Shown here piece after piece: positions 1 to 9,313 of a stretch of DNA of 64,000 nt. Source of the stretch: an uncultured Candidatus Saccharibacteria bacterium. GTDB taxonomy: Bacteria; Patescibacteriota; Doudnabacteria; UBA920. The translations under genes were made by a program, and so were the position numbers. The stretch covers positions 70,358 to 134,357 of the forward strand of contig CAZACP010000001.1 of the NCBI GenBank assembly GCA_964483665.1. The letters run 5' to 3'. Numbering within the stretch: position 1 is the stretch's first letter; each line of letters starts with the position of its first letter. The notes below the pieces were generated by a model. That model saw nothing but the letters and a program-made list of their open reading frames with translations, was not told the DNA's origin and did no database searches.

Positions 1-1412
1 GGAATGTGGCTGACCATAACTAGCGCGCCTTTATAGTCGTTTAAAGCTTTGGCAATTACAGGCAAATGCCTGAAGTTTATGTGGTTGGTGGGCTCGTCTA
101 AAATAAGCAGTCCCGGCTTCATTAGGACTAGTTGGCAAAAAGCCAAAAGACCCTTTTGTCCTTCGGACAGAAATTTTATTTGTTGGCTTAAGAGCTTGCC
201 ATCGAGCAAAAAACCGGCTGCAACAGAACGCAGCAAATGTTCGTCTTTTTTTTCCATAACCTCCAAAAGCGCGTCAAAGGCGGTTTGTTCGTATTTGAGG
301 CCGGAAAAATCCTGTCTGTAGTAACCCACCACAATCTGTTTAGCGATTTTGGCGCCTTCGGCTTGGTTTGTGGCCAGGTTATTTATAAATGTGCTTTTGC
401 CTATGCCATTGGGTCCGGAAATTAACAAATGTTGATTTTTTCTAATAACCATTTCAATTGCTTTTTTTACCGGTTCGTGGTCTATAAACGCGGTTACCGA
501 GGAAAGCTCAAGAATTTTTCCGTCAAAAAATTGGTCGTATTCCTGGCAGGGAATTTCAAATTCGCGAATAGTTTTGTCTTCCTTTCTTACTTCCACTATA
601 TTTTCTTCCGCCTCTTCCGCCGACTCGCGCATTCTTTTGGCCACGGCTCTAAGCTTTCCGCCTTTATGCGCAAAAACTTCGGCTTGCGCCCGTTTTTCTT
701 TTATTTGCGCCTGCATACGCGCGTTTTGAAGGTTTTCTCTTTCCACTCTGGCTTTAATTTCTTCCACCACGTCAAAATAATTCCCGGCGTATTGTTCTAT
801 TTTGTGCGTGTGGACGTCCAAATATAGCACCCCGTCGGTAAAAGCGTTTAAAAAGTCCGCGTCGTGGGAAATTACCAAAACTGTTTTTTCATACATTATT
901 AAAAAAGCAGTTAAGTGTTCAATCCCCGCCTGATCTAAATTATTGGTAGGCTCGTCTAAAAGCAAGATGTCCGGGTTTTGTATAAGCGCGTGAGCTAATA
1001 AAAGTCTTGCTTGCTGGCCGCCGGAAAAGGCTTTTATAACTTTTTCTAAAGGCGCCTTTAAGTTTACCACCTCTAAAATTTCCGCTATCAGCTTGTCCAA
1101 ATTGTATTTTTTCTCAGCAAAAGCCGTGGCAAAGTATTCCCTAACTGTCAGTTCCTTAAATTCTTCGGGCATAACTTGCCTGGCTATGGCAATGCTCGCG
1201 TCTCTCGGGGTTAGGTGAATTTCACCCTCGGTTGGAGTTTTTTCTTTGGTAATTAAGCTAAATAAGGTGCTTTTGCCGGCGCCATTTTGACCCATAAGCG
1301 CGAATTTGCTGCCAGTGCGCACGGAAAAATTTACGGCATCCAAAGTTTGTTTATGGATGTCGTATTCAAAACTAACATTTGAGAATCTCAATATTACGGA
1401 GTCATTTGACAT
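1..1412 (-). CDS. ABC-F family ATP-binding protein (3' end beyond window edge)
   Basis: Manual translation from ATG at 1412: MSNDSVILRFSNVSF...GQNGAGKST (Walker A), FSGGQQAR, LLLDEPTNNLD; second ABC domain LSEGQKG...LLILDEPTNH; no TM segments. Confidence 0.9.
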   Translation of the reverse strand, partial: MSNDSVILRFSNVSFEYDIHKQTLDAVNFSVRTGSKFALMGQNGAGKSTLFSLITKEKTPTEGEIHLTPRDASIAIARQVMPEEFKELTVREYFATAFAEKKYNLDKLIAEILEVVNLKAPLEKVIKAFSGGQQARLLLAHALIQNPDILLLDEPTNNLDQAGIEHLTAFLIMYEKTVLVISHDADFLNAFTDGVLYLDVHTHKIEQYAGNYFDVVEEIKARVERENLQNARMQAQIKEKRAQAEVFAHKGGKLRAVAKRMRESAEEAEENIVEVRKEDKTIREFEIPCQEYDQFFDGKILELSSVTAFIDHEPVKKAIEMVIRKNQHLLISGPNGIGKSTFINNLATNQAEGAKIAKQIVVGYYRQDFSGLKYEQTAFDALLEVMEKKDEHLLRSVAAGFLLDGKLLSQQIKFLSEGQKGLLAFCQLVLMKPGLLILDEPTNHINFRHLPVIAKALNDYKGALVMVSHI

Positions 1413-1500
1413 AAAGAAGATTATATCAAAAAACAGGCATTATGTCCATTCATAAGCCTGTTTTTTAGTTATCAATTATAAATTAACAATAATCAATTAA

Positions 1501-1983
1501 TTATCTTACTCCCTCCGGTGTGGCATAGCGAATGCCGGCCGGCCAGCTTTCTGTTCCTTTGCCCAAACAGAAGGTAAGAGTATAGGTTAATCCGTCCGAA
1601 GACGCGTCGTACCAGTAGTCGTTTCCTCCCCTGTCAGTGGCGGCGCAGTCTCCGTCCGGGGGTATTGGCGATGTAGGAAACATTGGGACATAGTTGGGTA
1701 TCATGGGTTCTTGGCTTGAATCAAAGGCGCCTGGGTCTGAAAGTAGACTGCCCGTTGCTCCCGCAGACAGCGTTCCGGTCGGGTAGGTTCCGTTTGTAAT
1801 ATAGTACTGGTCGAGCGCGGTTATAAACTGGCGCATATCGCCTGAACGTTTAGCGTCCCGGCCTTTTATTCTGGCTTGGTTAACGGCAAGTCCAACCACG
1901 CTGGCGAGTATGCCAATAATCGCCAAAACCACTAGCAGTTCTAAAAGGGTAAAACCCCTATTTTTTTGTATTTTTGTTTTCAT
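1501..1983 (-). CDS. Type IV pilin / GspG-like pseudopilin
   Basis: Prepilin motif RGFTLLELLVVLAIIGILA followed by RDAKR...ALDQY...YP. Confidence 0.9.
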   Translation of the reverse strand: MKTKIQKNRGFTLLELLVVLAIIGILASVVGLAVNQARIKGRDAKRSGDMRQFITALDQYYITNGTYPTGTLSAGATGSLLSDPGAFDSSQEPMIPNYVPMFPTSPIPPDGDCAATDRGGNDYWYDASSDGLTYTLTFCLGKGTESWPAGIRYATPEGVR

Positions 1984-1990
1984 TAATTTT

Positions 1991-2320
1991 TTAAGCTTTA
2001 TTTTTTTCTACTGGTTTCTTTTCGATACGAAAAGGCGTAAAACCGTTTTTTTCCCTACGGATTTTATATCCGTAGCCGTCGTCGGAAAAAATTACTGCCT
2101 CTGCGCCCGGCCCTTGTTTTTTTAAATTTACTAAAAAGTTAGCTAATTCTTTTTGTGGAATATTTAAATCGCTAGACATTTTTTCTACTAATTTTGTAGG
2201 CACTTCTTCCAGTCTGTGTTTAGTTTTTAGGTTGGTGTAAATTTCTTTGCCAGCTTTTGCAGCGGCTGCAATTCCGGCAACATTTAGAAAATCTCTTCGA
2301 CTAAAAATATTTTTTTCCAT
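1991..2320 (-). CDS. Hypothetical protein with twin-arginine-like N-terminus
   Basis: SRRDFL followed by an Ala-rich stretch. Confidence 0.6.
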   Translation of the reverse strand: MEKNIFSRRDFLNVAGIAAAAKAGKEIYTNLKTKHRLEEVPTKLVEKMSSDLNIPQKELANFLVNLKKQGPGAEAVIFSDDGYGYKIRREKNGFTPFRIEKKPVEKNKA

Positions 2321-2353
2321 TGAAAATATATTAACCCTTTTATTATACCATAC

Positions 2354-4109
2354 TTATGCCGAAAATCCCCCAGCCTGGATTTTCCACAGTTTTTGATATA
2401 TCCCCTGGTTTATTTTTAAAAGCTCCTGGTGTTTTCCCTCTTCGGCAATGCTTCCCTTGTCTATAACTACTATTCTGTCCATTTGCATTATGGTGGAAAG
2501 CCGGTGCGCAATGACCACGGCTGTTTTTCCCCGCATTAAATTCACCATCGCCTCCTGAATAAGCATTTCGCTTTCGCTGTCTAAAGATGAAGTGGCTTCG
2601 TCCATTACCAAAATTGGCGCGTTTTTTAAAATTGCCCTGGCAATGGCAACTCTTTGCCTTTCACCGCCTGAAAGTTTTATTCCCCTCTCCCCTACCAAAG
2701 TTTTATAACCTTCCTGAAATTTTGAAATAAACTCGTGCGCGTTGGCTTTTTTTGCAGCCTCAATAACCTCTAAGTCAGAAGCACCGGGTTTTCCGTAGCG
2801 GATGTTTTCCATTAAAGTTCTATGGAATAAAATTGGTTCCTGGGGAACTAGCGCAATATTTTCTCTTAAGCTGTCTTGGGTGACTTTAGAAATATCTTGT
2901 CCGCTTATGGAAATTTTTCCGGCCTGGATGTCGTAAAATCTAAACAATAATTTTACCAATGTAGTTTTCCCGCCCCCGGAAGGGCCTATAAAAGCCACCC
3001 GCTGCCCTGGGGAAATTTTAAAGTTAAAACTTTTTAACACGCTTGAACCGTCTTTGTACTTAAAGTCTACATTCTCATAATTTATTTCCGCTGTTTGGAT
3101 TTTTAGTTTTTTGGCGTTCTTCTCGTCTTTTACTTCGTGCTGGGTAAGCAAAATTTCCGTCATTTCGTTGGCGTCAGCCAGAGCCTCGTACATGCTTCTT
3201 ATTTGTTTGCCAATACCCCAGAATTTGTCAAACAGCCTGTAAAAGTAGCTTTGCACTAAAGCCACGGTTCCTATGCTTATTTCCCCCCTCTGCCACATTT
3301 TAACAGCGGTGTACATAACTATAATTTCCAAAGTTACCATGGTTGCGGCCTGAATTAAGTCTGAAATTGTGCCTAAGTCCCAGCTTTTTTTTTCTTATTT
3401 TAAATTGTTTTTCCGTTGCGGTCTTAAAGTTTTGGTTTTCTTTGTCATAGGCGGAAAAAATTTTTACGTTAAAATTATTGGTTATGGAGTCCGCTAATTG
3501 CGCGGTTACCAAAGTGTCAGCCTCAGCGCGTTTTTTGTCTACCGGTAATTTGTATACCGAATAAAAGTAGCTGAATATATAGTAAATTACCGCCCAGGTT
3601 AGCGCCATTAGCCCAATGGTTCTGTTTTGGTAAATTAAAACTCCAAAAATAAAGCCGGTCTCCACTACGGTGCGGCCCAAGTCAAAAGTCAGCTGGTCGG
3701 CAATATTTTCAAAACTTCTTTCGTAGCGTTTTACTTTGGTAACTAGGCTTCCCACAAAACTGTTGCTAAAAAAACTGTAGGAATGTTTTTGTAAGTATTC
3801 AAAGCAGGTATTTTCAAGGTCCGCCATTACCCTGGGCTGGAAATAGTTGTTTACAAAATTAAAACCTCTGGCTACCGTAAAGCGGACGACAGAAAGGCCT
3901 AAAATTAAGTAAACAACGTGTAAGGCAGGCGTAATGTTTTGTTTGTCGCCCTGGGCCAGTATGTCTATAAGCCGTTTATATAAAATAGGCGAAAAGTTTT
4001 GCAGTACTATATGCCCTAAAACGCCAAAAATAATAACAGCCACCTGCCACCTATACTTTTTAGCGTGCTGCCAGAAGATTTTAAGGGTTTGGAGGGTTAA
4101 GGAGTTCAC
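2354..4109 (-). pseudogene. ABC exporter (fused TMD+NBD, MsbA/ATM1-like) split by a frameshift in an A9 run
   Basis: ORF 3300-4109 (TMD) and ORF 2354-3340 (GPSGGGKT, LSGGERQR, VMDEATSSLD) join if one A is removed from the run at 3385-3393. Confidence 0.8.
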
Positions 4110-4152
4110 TTTAGTTTTTATGTTGTTAGTTGTTAGCAGTTAATATCTTTTA

Positions 4153-4216
4153 TTATAACTTTTTTATAACATAAAAAAAAGAGCTTCCTTGATAGCGTGG
4201 CTAATCGGGAAGCTCG
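4153..4216 (-). terminator. Intrinsic terminator after the 4254-4586 ORF
   Basis: Minus-strand hairpin GAGCTTCC...GGAAGCTC followed by a T8 tract. Confidence 0.7.
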
Positions 4217-4253
4217 GGTCTTGAGAAGCTCTTGGTCTGGACCAGCGGGGTTG

Positions 4254-4586
4254 TTACTTCGGCAGATGTTTAACCACCTGATTTGCGTACCAATCCCATC
4301 CTTGTCGTTTGATGACCGCGGGGTCAAACTCAAACATCAGGACCGTTGTTCTGGGGAAAATTTCGGCAACTGCACCAAGCATCAGCTTGGTGTTTACGTG
4401 CTTCCGTATTCCAACAACGGCAACGAAGTCCTCTGCTCCGTCGCTGGCACGGTACTGAGGCACATTACTTCTCACTGTTGAAGGGTTCGTGCTGCATGCA
4501 AAGGTCGGGCACTTAAGCCCGGCTCGCTCCAACGCGTTGGCTAGCCCCCACCTGATTTCGGTGGGTACAATCAGAAAAATGAGCAT
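4254..4586 (-). CDS. Hypothetical protein, higher GC than neighbours
   Basis: ORF with AAGGAG SD before ATG at 4586, upstream TTGCCA-17-TAGAAT promoter, downstream terminator. Confidence 0.65.
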   Translation of the reverse strand: MLIFLIVPTEIRWGLANALERAGLKCPTFACSTNPSTVRSNVPQYRASDGAEDFVAVVGIRKHVNTKLMLGAVAEIFPRTTVLMFEFDPAVIKRQGWDWYANQVVKHLPK

Positions 4587-4685
4587 ATTCACTCCTTGTC
4601 GATCGTTGAGAAATTCTATATTAAAAAGCCACCTTTGGCAAGGGCTGGTTATTGACTTTTATTTAAAATTCACTACAATTGGCTC

Positions 4686-4892
4686 ATGATCCTTACAAAA
4701 GAAATACTGCTGGAAATTCCGCCCCGGGATGTGTTCTGTGTTGATGGTAAGCAGTACAGAAGGGTTGCATCCAAGGGCGAACCCCGTATCGTCCTTCTGC
4801 GCAAGAAGGACGGGAGGGACATTGAAGTTGAAAAACCGATCACAGATGTGATCGGCAAGGAGGCAGAATATCATGAATCAAATTCAGCCTAA
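4686..4892 (+). CDS. Small hypothetical protein, probably leaderless
   Basis: TTGACT(4652)-16-TACAAT(4674) lies 6 nt before the ATG. Confidence 0.55.
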   Translation: MILTKEILLEIPPRDVFCVDGKQYRRVASKGEPRIVLLRKKDGRDIEVEKPITDVIGKEAEYHESNSA

Positions 4893-5037
4893 GGATGAGA
4901 AAAAGGATAAAGAGATCCTTCGGGCTGCGAGCATCGGGACCCGTCCTTCCGACCTGGTATTTCCGTTTTTTTCCGGCGGTTGTTCCAGGGTTGGGACAGA
5001 AAACGAGTGCCCCAATTGCTCCGGATGCACGGAATGA
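4873..5037 (+). CDS. 54-aa Cys-rich small protein (absent from the ORF track)
   Basis: AAGGAGG SD; MNQIQPKDEKKDKEILRAASIGTRPSDLVFPFFSGGCSRVGTENECPNCSGCTE*; terminator at 5055-5099. Confidence 0.6.
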   Translation: MNQIQPKDEKKDKEILRAASIGTRPSDLVFPFFSGGCSRVGTENECPNCSGCTE

Positions 5038-5094
5038 TCGACGAACCATTCGCGGCCGCGGGTTCTTGAAAAAGGAACCTGCGGCTCATTTATT

Positions 5095-6720
5095 TTATTC
5101 AATTATTAAACCCTCCCCTGTCATTGAGACAGGTTTTTTTATTTTTAGGAGTTCTAAGACTGTTGGGGCAATGTCGGCAAGCGACCCATATCCGCTATTG
5201 TCATCCCGACTAAGTTCCGATTTATCGGAACGCGCGGAGGGATCTCTTAACTCATACTTATGAGATGATAAGGGATTCTTCTCCGCCAGCTGGCGGATCT
5301 GAATGGTTAAATTAGTTGATGCAATTATGAACGGAACTAAATTTAAAGTATGGGCAGTGTGAAGTTCTCCGCTTTCGTCTACATTCTGTTCCGCGTTACC
5401 GTGGTCGGCTGTGACTATTGCCACGCCTCCTTTACTTATTACCTCATCAACTACCCTCTTTAATTCCCCATCCACAATCTCAACCGCTTTTATAATTGCC
5501 GGTTTGTTGGCAGTGTGTCCAACCATGTCTGCATTGGCAAAGTTTATGACTAAAAAGTCGTCGCCTTCGTTTATACAGTCTATGGCTTTGTCTGCAATTT
5601 CTTTTGCCCGCATTTCTGGAGCTAGGTCGTGAGTGGCTACCTTTCTGCTTTCTATTAAAAAGTGCCGCTCCTCGGGGTGCGTGTCCTGTTTGCCGCCGTT
5701 AAAAAAGAAAGTTACGTGCGCGTATTTTTCGGTTTCCGCAATGTGTGACTGCTTGAGCCCGGCTTTAGAAATTTCAGCCGCCAAAGTGGTATCCGGTTTT
5801 TCCGGCGGGAACGCCACCAAACATTCTATTTTGGGGTCGTACTCAGTCATAGTTACAAAAAACAAATTTTGTTTTTTGGCGCGCTCCATTATTTTGTAAG
5901 AAAGCTGCCTTGGTCTGTCGGAACGGAAATTAAAAAAGAAGATTCCATCGCCATCGGCAATTGAATAATGTTTGCCGTCTTGGTCTAAAAAAACCATTGG
6001 CTCTAAATATTCGTCCATTGCGCCATCATCGTAAGATTTTTTTAATACATCCGATGGTCTTGATCCACTAACCTTTTTCCCCTCCCCTTCAAACAAAGCT
6101 TTCTCTGCCTTTTCTGTTCTTTGCCAGTTTTTGTCCCGGTCCATGGCAAAATAGCGCCCTGTAACAGTTGCAACACGCCCGATTCCGGCTTTTTCTATTA
6201 CATCTTCCAGTTCTTTTAAATATTTATAGTTTTCTTTTGGCGGACTGTCGCGGCCGTCGGTAAAGGCGTGGATAATAACTTTATTTATGCCCGCTTGTTT
6301 GGCAGCTTCTAAAATTCCGTATAAATGTTCCTGGTGGCTATGTACCCCAGCCGGACTTACCATACCAATTAAATGCAAAGACGAATTATTTTTTTTAATA
6401 TGTTCAAAAAGTTTTTTTATTGAGTCATTTTCAAGAAGTTTATTTTCTTTGATTGCTTTGCTTATTCTAACTAAGTCAGTATCTATAACCCTACCCGCAC
6501 CCATAGTCATATGCCCAATTTCGCTATTACCAATAGTTCCCTCAGGTAAACCCACATGCTCTTCGCTAGCGTTTAAAAGCGTGTGGGGGTATTTGTGCCA
6601 AAGCATGTCAAAAAAAGGCGTGTTGGCCTCTAAAATAGCGTTATGTTCCCTACCCTCTCTATGCCCCCAACCGTCTAAAATTATGAGCGCGACAGGTTTA
6701 CTTAATTGAGTTGATGTCAT
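5095..6720 (-). CDS. gpmI: 2,3-bisphosphoglycerate-independent phosphoglycerate mutase
   Basis: LIILDGWG, GNSEIGH, DGRD, AETEKYAHVTFFFNGG, NADMVGHT, TADHGNAE. Confidence 0.97.
   Translation of the reverse strand: MTSTQLSKPVALIILDGWGHREGREHNAILEANTPFFDMLWHKYPHTLLNASEEHVGLPEGTIGNSEIGHMTMGAGRVIDTDLVRISKAIKENKLLENDSIKKLFEHIKKNNSSLHLIGMVSPAGVHSHQEHLYGILEAAKQAGINKVIIHAFTDGRDSPPKENYKYLKELEDVIEKAGIGRVATVTGRYFAMDRDKNWQRTEKAEKALFEGEGKKVSGSRPSDVLKKSYDDGAMDEYLEPMVFLDQDGKHYSIADGDGIFFFNFRSDRPRQLSYKIMERAKKQNLFFVTMTEYDPKIECLVAFPPEKPDTTLAAEISKAGLKQSHIAETEKYAHVTFFFNGGKQDTHPEERHFLIESRKVATHDLAPEMRAKEIADKAIDCINEGDDFLVINFANADMVGHTANKPAIIKAVEIVDGELKRVVDEVISKGGVAIVTADHGNAEQNVDESGELHTAHTLNLVPFIIASTNLTIQIRQLAEKNPLSSHKYELRDPSARSDKSELSRDDNSGYGSLADIAPTVLELLKIKKPVSMTGEGLIIE
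5200..5307. repeat. Composite REP/RPE-like palindromic element in frame in gpmI
   Basis: GTCATCCCGA...GGGATCTC...GGGATTCTTC...GAATGGT with nested hairpins GTTCCGAT-TT-ATCGGAAC and TCCGCCAGCTGGCGGA. Confidence 0.75.
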
Positions 6721-6928
6721 TTTGAATATTTATATTCTGCTCTAGTTCTCCCTGATAATTCTGCATTTTTTGGTTTGAGTCGTTTAACTGGTCTTCGGCT
6801 TTTTTGCCGGTTTCTACCACGCTTTGTCTTTCGCTCCCGGGCTTTAAAAAGTACACAAATAAAATAGCAATTATTGCCAAGGCAATAACCAAAACAATTA
6901 AGCCAAAACCATTTTGAGATTTATTCAT
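6698..6928 (-). CDS. Small pilin-like membrane protein
   Basis: Likely start MNKSQNGFGLIVLVIALAIIAILF (prepilin-like G|F site plus hydrophobic helix). Confidence 0.65.
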   Translation of the reverse strand: MNKSQNGFGLIVLVIALAIIAILFVYFLKPGSERQSVVETGKKAEDQLNDSNQKMQNYQGELEQNINIQNDINSIK

Positions 6929-7032
6929 AGCTTTTAAGCTTATTATATAGCAAAATAAGAGAAAATAAAATTGCTTGACATAAGAGCGGCTATATGCGAA
7001 TATCCATTTATTCTGTTCGCTCGAGGGATACA

Positions 7033-7659
7033 ATGCAAAGGATGATTTTTGTTTGTGCGATTTTGCTGGCTACGCTGTTTGGCCAGCAGCTCCCCGCCCC
7101 TTTGGGCGGCAAGAAAACCGCTCCTCCCAAGGAGAAAAAAGAGCGGAAACACCAAGTTTACCGCAACTTTCGAGGCACTGACACGTTTGTTGTTCAGTAC
7201 TGTATGCCTGGCCGGGTGGAAGAAGGGATGAAGGGGCAGATTTACGGTGTGCCATGCGGCTGCTTTGGTATGTATCAACAGTATTGGGAAAAAGAAGCCG
7301 GCGACTGTAACCGCCACAAACGTGGTACTAACGAGTGGATGGACTGCCACAAGTCCATAAAGGGCTGCAGCGAGTTTTTGGCTCACGGCGGCGACAGTGC
7401 GCTATTTGGCGAAAATGACCGAGCCAAGTGTCAGGTGTACTGTTATGAACGTCAATCCTGTCGCTGCTGCGATGACAACGTCGCCTGGCAGCGTATGGAC
7501 AAGTGGCACAAAGGAGCGCTGGCAGCCATGGTCGCGCTCAAACGCGACGTGAGGCTACTGGGCAGGCACGAGGCGTGCAATGAAATTTTCGCGCTCTCCT
7601 ACGATCCGGTCAGGCCGCAGGACCTTTTCTACGCAGCGGCTTCATCGCTGCTGCGTTAG
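7033..7659 (+). CDS. Secreted cysteine-rich hypothetical protein
   Basis: Signal-like MQRMIFVCAILLATLFG; 12 Cys in the mature part; GAGGG SD; hairpin terminator 7679-7712. Confidence 0.7.
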   Translation: MQRMIFVCAILLATLFGQQLPAPLGGKKTAPPKEKKERKHQVYRNFRGTDTFVVQYCMPGRVEEGMKGQIYGVPCGCFGMYQQYWEKEAGDCNRHKRGTNEWMDCHKSIKGCSEFLAHGGDSALFGENDRAKCQVYCYERQSCRCCDDNVAWQRMDKWHKGALAAMVALKRDVRLLGRHEACNEIFALSYDPVRPQDLFYAAASSLLR

Positions 7660-7722
7660 TGGAATCGCTAAACCAACAAAACGGGGCTACCGTTGGAAGG
7701 TACGCCCCGTTTAAATTTGTGT

Positions 7723-8274
7723 TTAAGCAATTGCCCGGGCGACAACGGCAATAACAAATATACCAAGGGCATTACAAAGTATTGAAATTATGGCAAATGT
7801 CCAGTTGTTGGTTTTGACAAAACCCATAAGAGCCAGGCCAAGTTCGTCCGGCAGGGGCGAGGCTATTATAAGCCCGCCCATTAAGGTCATAAAGATTTTA
7901 AAAATTTTGGAACGGAATATTTTTCTCCAGCGGCCGCGCGGGTTTAGGCTGAACATTTCTTCAAAGTCTTCGGTAATGGCGCTTTCAAAAAATTTAAACA
8001 TTACCAAATCGCCCACCAGCGCTCCAAGCGCGCCAACAACAATTAACAAGGGCATATTGGTAATTAAAGAAAGTTCCCCTAAAGCAATGGTTGCGGGAAC
8101 CGTGGTAAAGACCGAGGTAAAAAGTATGCCCGCTATAAATACACCCAAAAGTTCTAAATTTTGAGAATGCGAAAGGAGTTTAATTACAATGCCGGTTTTA
8201 AGCAGGATTATTCCGACCAATATGCTTAATAGAATAATTACAATATCCCGTTTGGCTTTTGTGCTTAGTTTCAT
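7723..8274 (-). CDS. Multi-pass membrane protein (VTT/DedA-like)
   Basis: Several TM helices; GALGALVGD and SPLPDELG motifs. Confidence 0.75.
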   Translation of the reverse strand: MKLSTKAKRDIVIILLSILVGIILLKTGIVIKLLSHSQNLELLGVFIAGILFTSVFTTVPATIALGELSLITNMPLLIVVGALGALVGDLVMFKFFESAITEDFEEMFSLNPRGRWRKIFRSKIFKIFMTLMGGLIIASPLPDELGLALMGFVKTNNWTFAIISILCNALGIFVIAVVARAIA

Positions 8275-8448
8275 TTATTTATTGTAGCACACATAAAAAC
8301 ACCTATTAATAGGTGTTAAAGCAATCTAGGGTAAAAAGAAATTTGTGTAGGCGTTTTTTGTACAAGATAAACTAACTCAAAAATAAGAAGCGTCGTTTCC
8401 TGTCTTGCGACAGGGCGTACGCCTCTTTAAGGTTCTTTCTCAGCTAGT

Positions 8449-9078
8449 CTATTTGTACAAGCAGTGGTAGGCAGCAGGGTCTTTGCACCCAAGCTTGATT
8501 GGCTCGCCGGTTTCGAAAATGACCAAACTTGTGCCAGCGAGTTGGCCGGTGATTATGCCGACCTGCCCGTCAAGAACATAAACGTGTTCTGTTCGCTCGG
8601 CAACACCGAAGTCGAATTTGCCCGTTGCGCCTGGGATAATGACCCCGACTGTCGCATCTTGGTCGTCGGCATTCCTGTAACCAAGGCTCTCCACCCGGCC
8701 GCCGTCTTCAAACGTGTAGACTTTGTGTTTGATTCTGGCGTCGAGTAGTCTCAGGACGAACCGGTTAACCACCCGTTTTGCCACCACCTCTTCACGACTG
8801 ATTCCCTCGATGTTGTCACGATGGTTGCCGTCTTTGTCAAAGCAACCTTGGTCTTCAACTTCCCAGCCAAAGTTGCCCAAAATGTCCGCCATGAAAGCCA
8901 TGACATAGAAGCCATTGCTTGCTGAGCAGTCGGGGGTGTCGTGCGCCATAAGCGACGACAGGTCATACTGCGCTCCGTTGGAGACTCGGCGCAGGTAGCC
9001 GTTATCTCCAAAATCGCCTACCTCAAACACTTCACCGTCCTGCAGATTCTGAAAAAAATCTGGACTGAAACTCATCAT
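8449..9078 (-). CDS. Unknown N-terminal domain fused to a PpnP/YaiE (DUF1255)-like cupin
   Basis: C-terminal half VESLGY...ATVGVIIPG...FDFGVAERTEHVYVLDG...AAYHCLY resembles pyrimidine/purine nucleoside phosphorylase PpnP. Confidence 0.6.
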   Translation of the reverse strand: MMSFSPDFFQNLQDGEVFEVGDFGDNGYLRRVSNGAQYDLSSLMAHDTPDCSASNGFYVMAFMADILGNFGWEVEDQGCFDKDGNHRDNIEGISREEVVAKRVVNRFVLRLLDARIKHKVYTFEDGGRVESLGYRNADDQDATVGVIIPGATGKFDFGVAERTEHVYVLDGQVGIITGQLAGTSLVIFETGEPIKLGCKDPAAYHCLYK

Positions 9079-9210
9079 AAAGCACTCCTTGGGACTGTAG
9101 TCTAACAGGTTATATTATGGTTTTTTGTCTGTTTTGTCAATTATCGTAAATGGGTACCTAAAAATGTAAAATTTGCGGCATTACCCATCAAATATAAAAA
9201 CCACCTCTTG

Positions 9211-9284
9211 TGGCAGGGGGTGTAGGAATCGAACCTACGCATACGGTTTTGGAGACCGTAGTACTACCATTATACGAACCCCCC
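9211..9284 (-). tRNA. tRNA-Trp(CCA)
   Basis: Cloverleaf; anticodon arm ACGGT-CTCCAAA-ACCGT; GTTCGA T-loop; encoded CCA. Confidence 0.95.
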
Positions 9285-9313
9285 ACCAGGAAAGGTGGTT
9301 TTTAATATTTTTG

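Noticed and set aside
49-827. Plus-strand ORFs here and the many antisense ORFs elsewhere in the track
   Set aside because: They are shadows of well-supported genes on the opposite strand
4840-5263. ORFs 4840-5049, 4884-5102, 4889-5089 and 4895-5263
   Set aside because: The SD-led 4873-5037 frame with its terminator explains the region better
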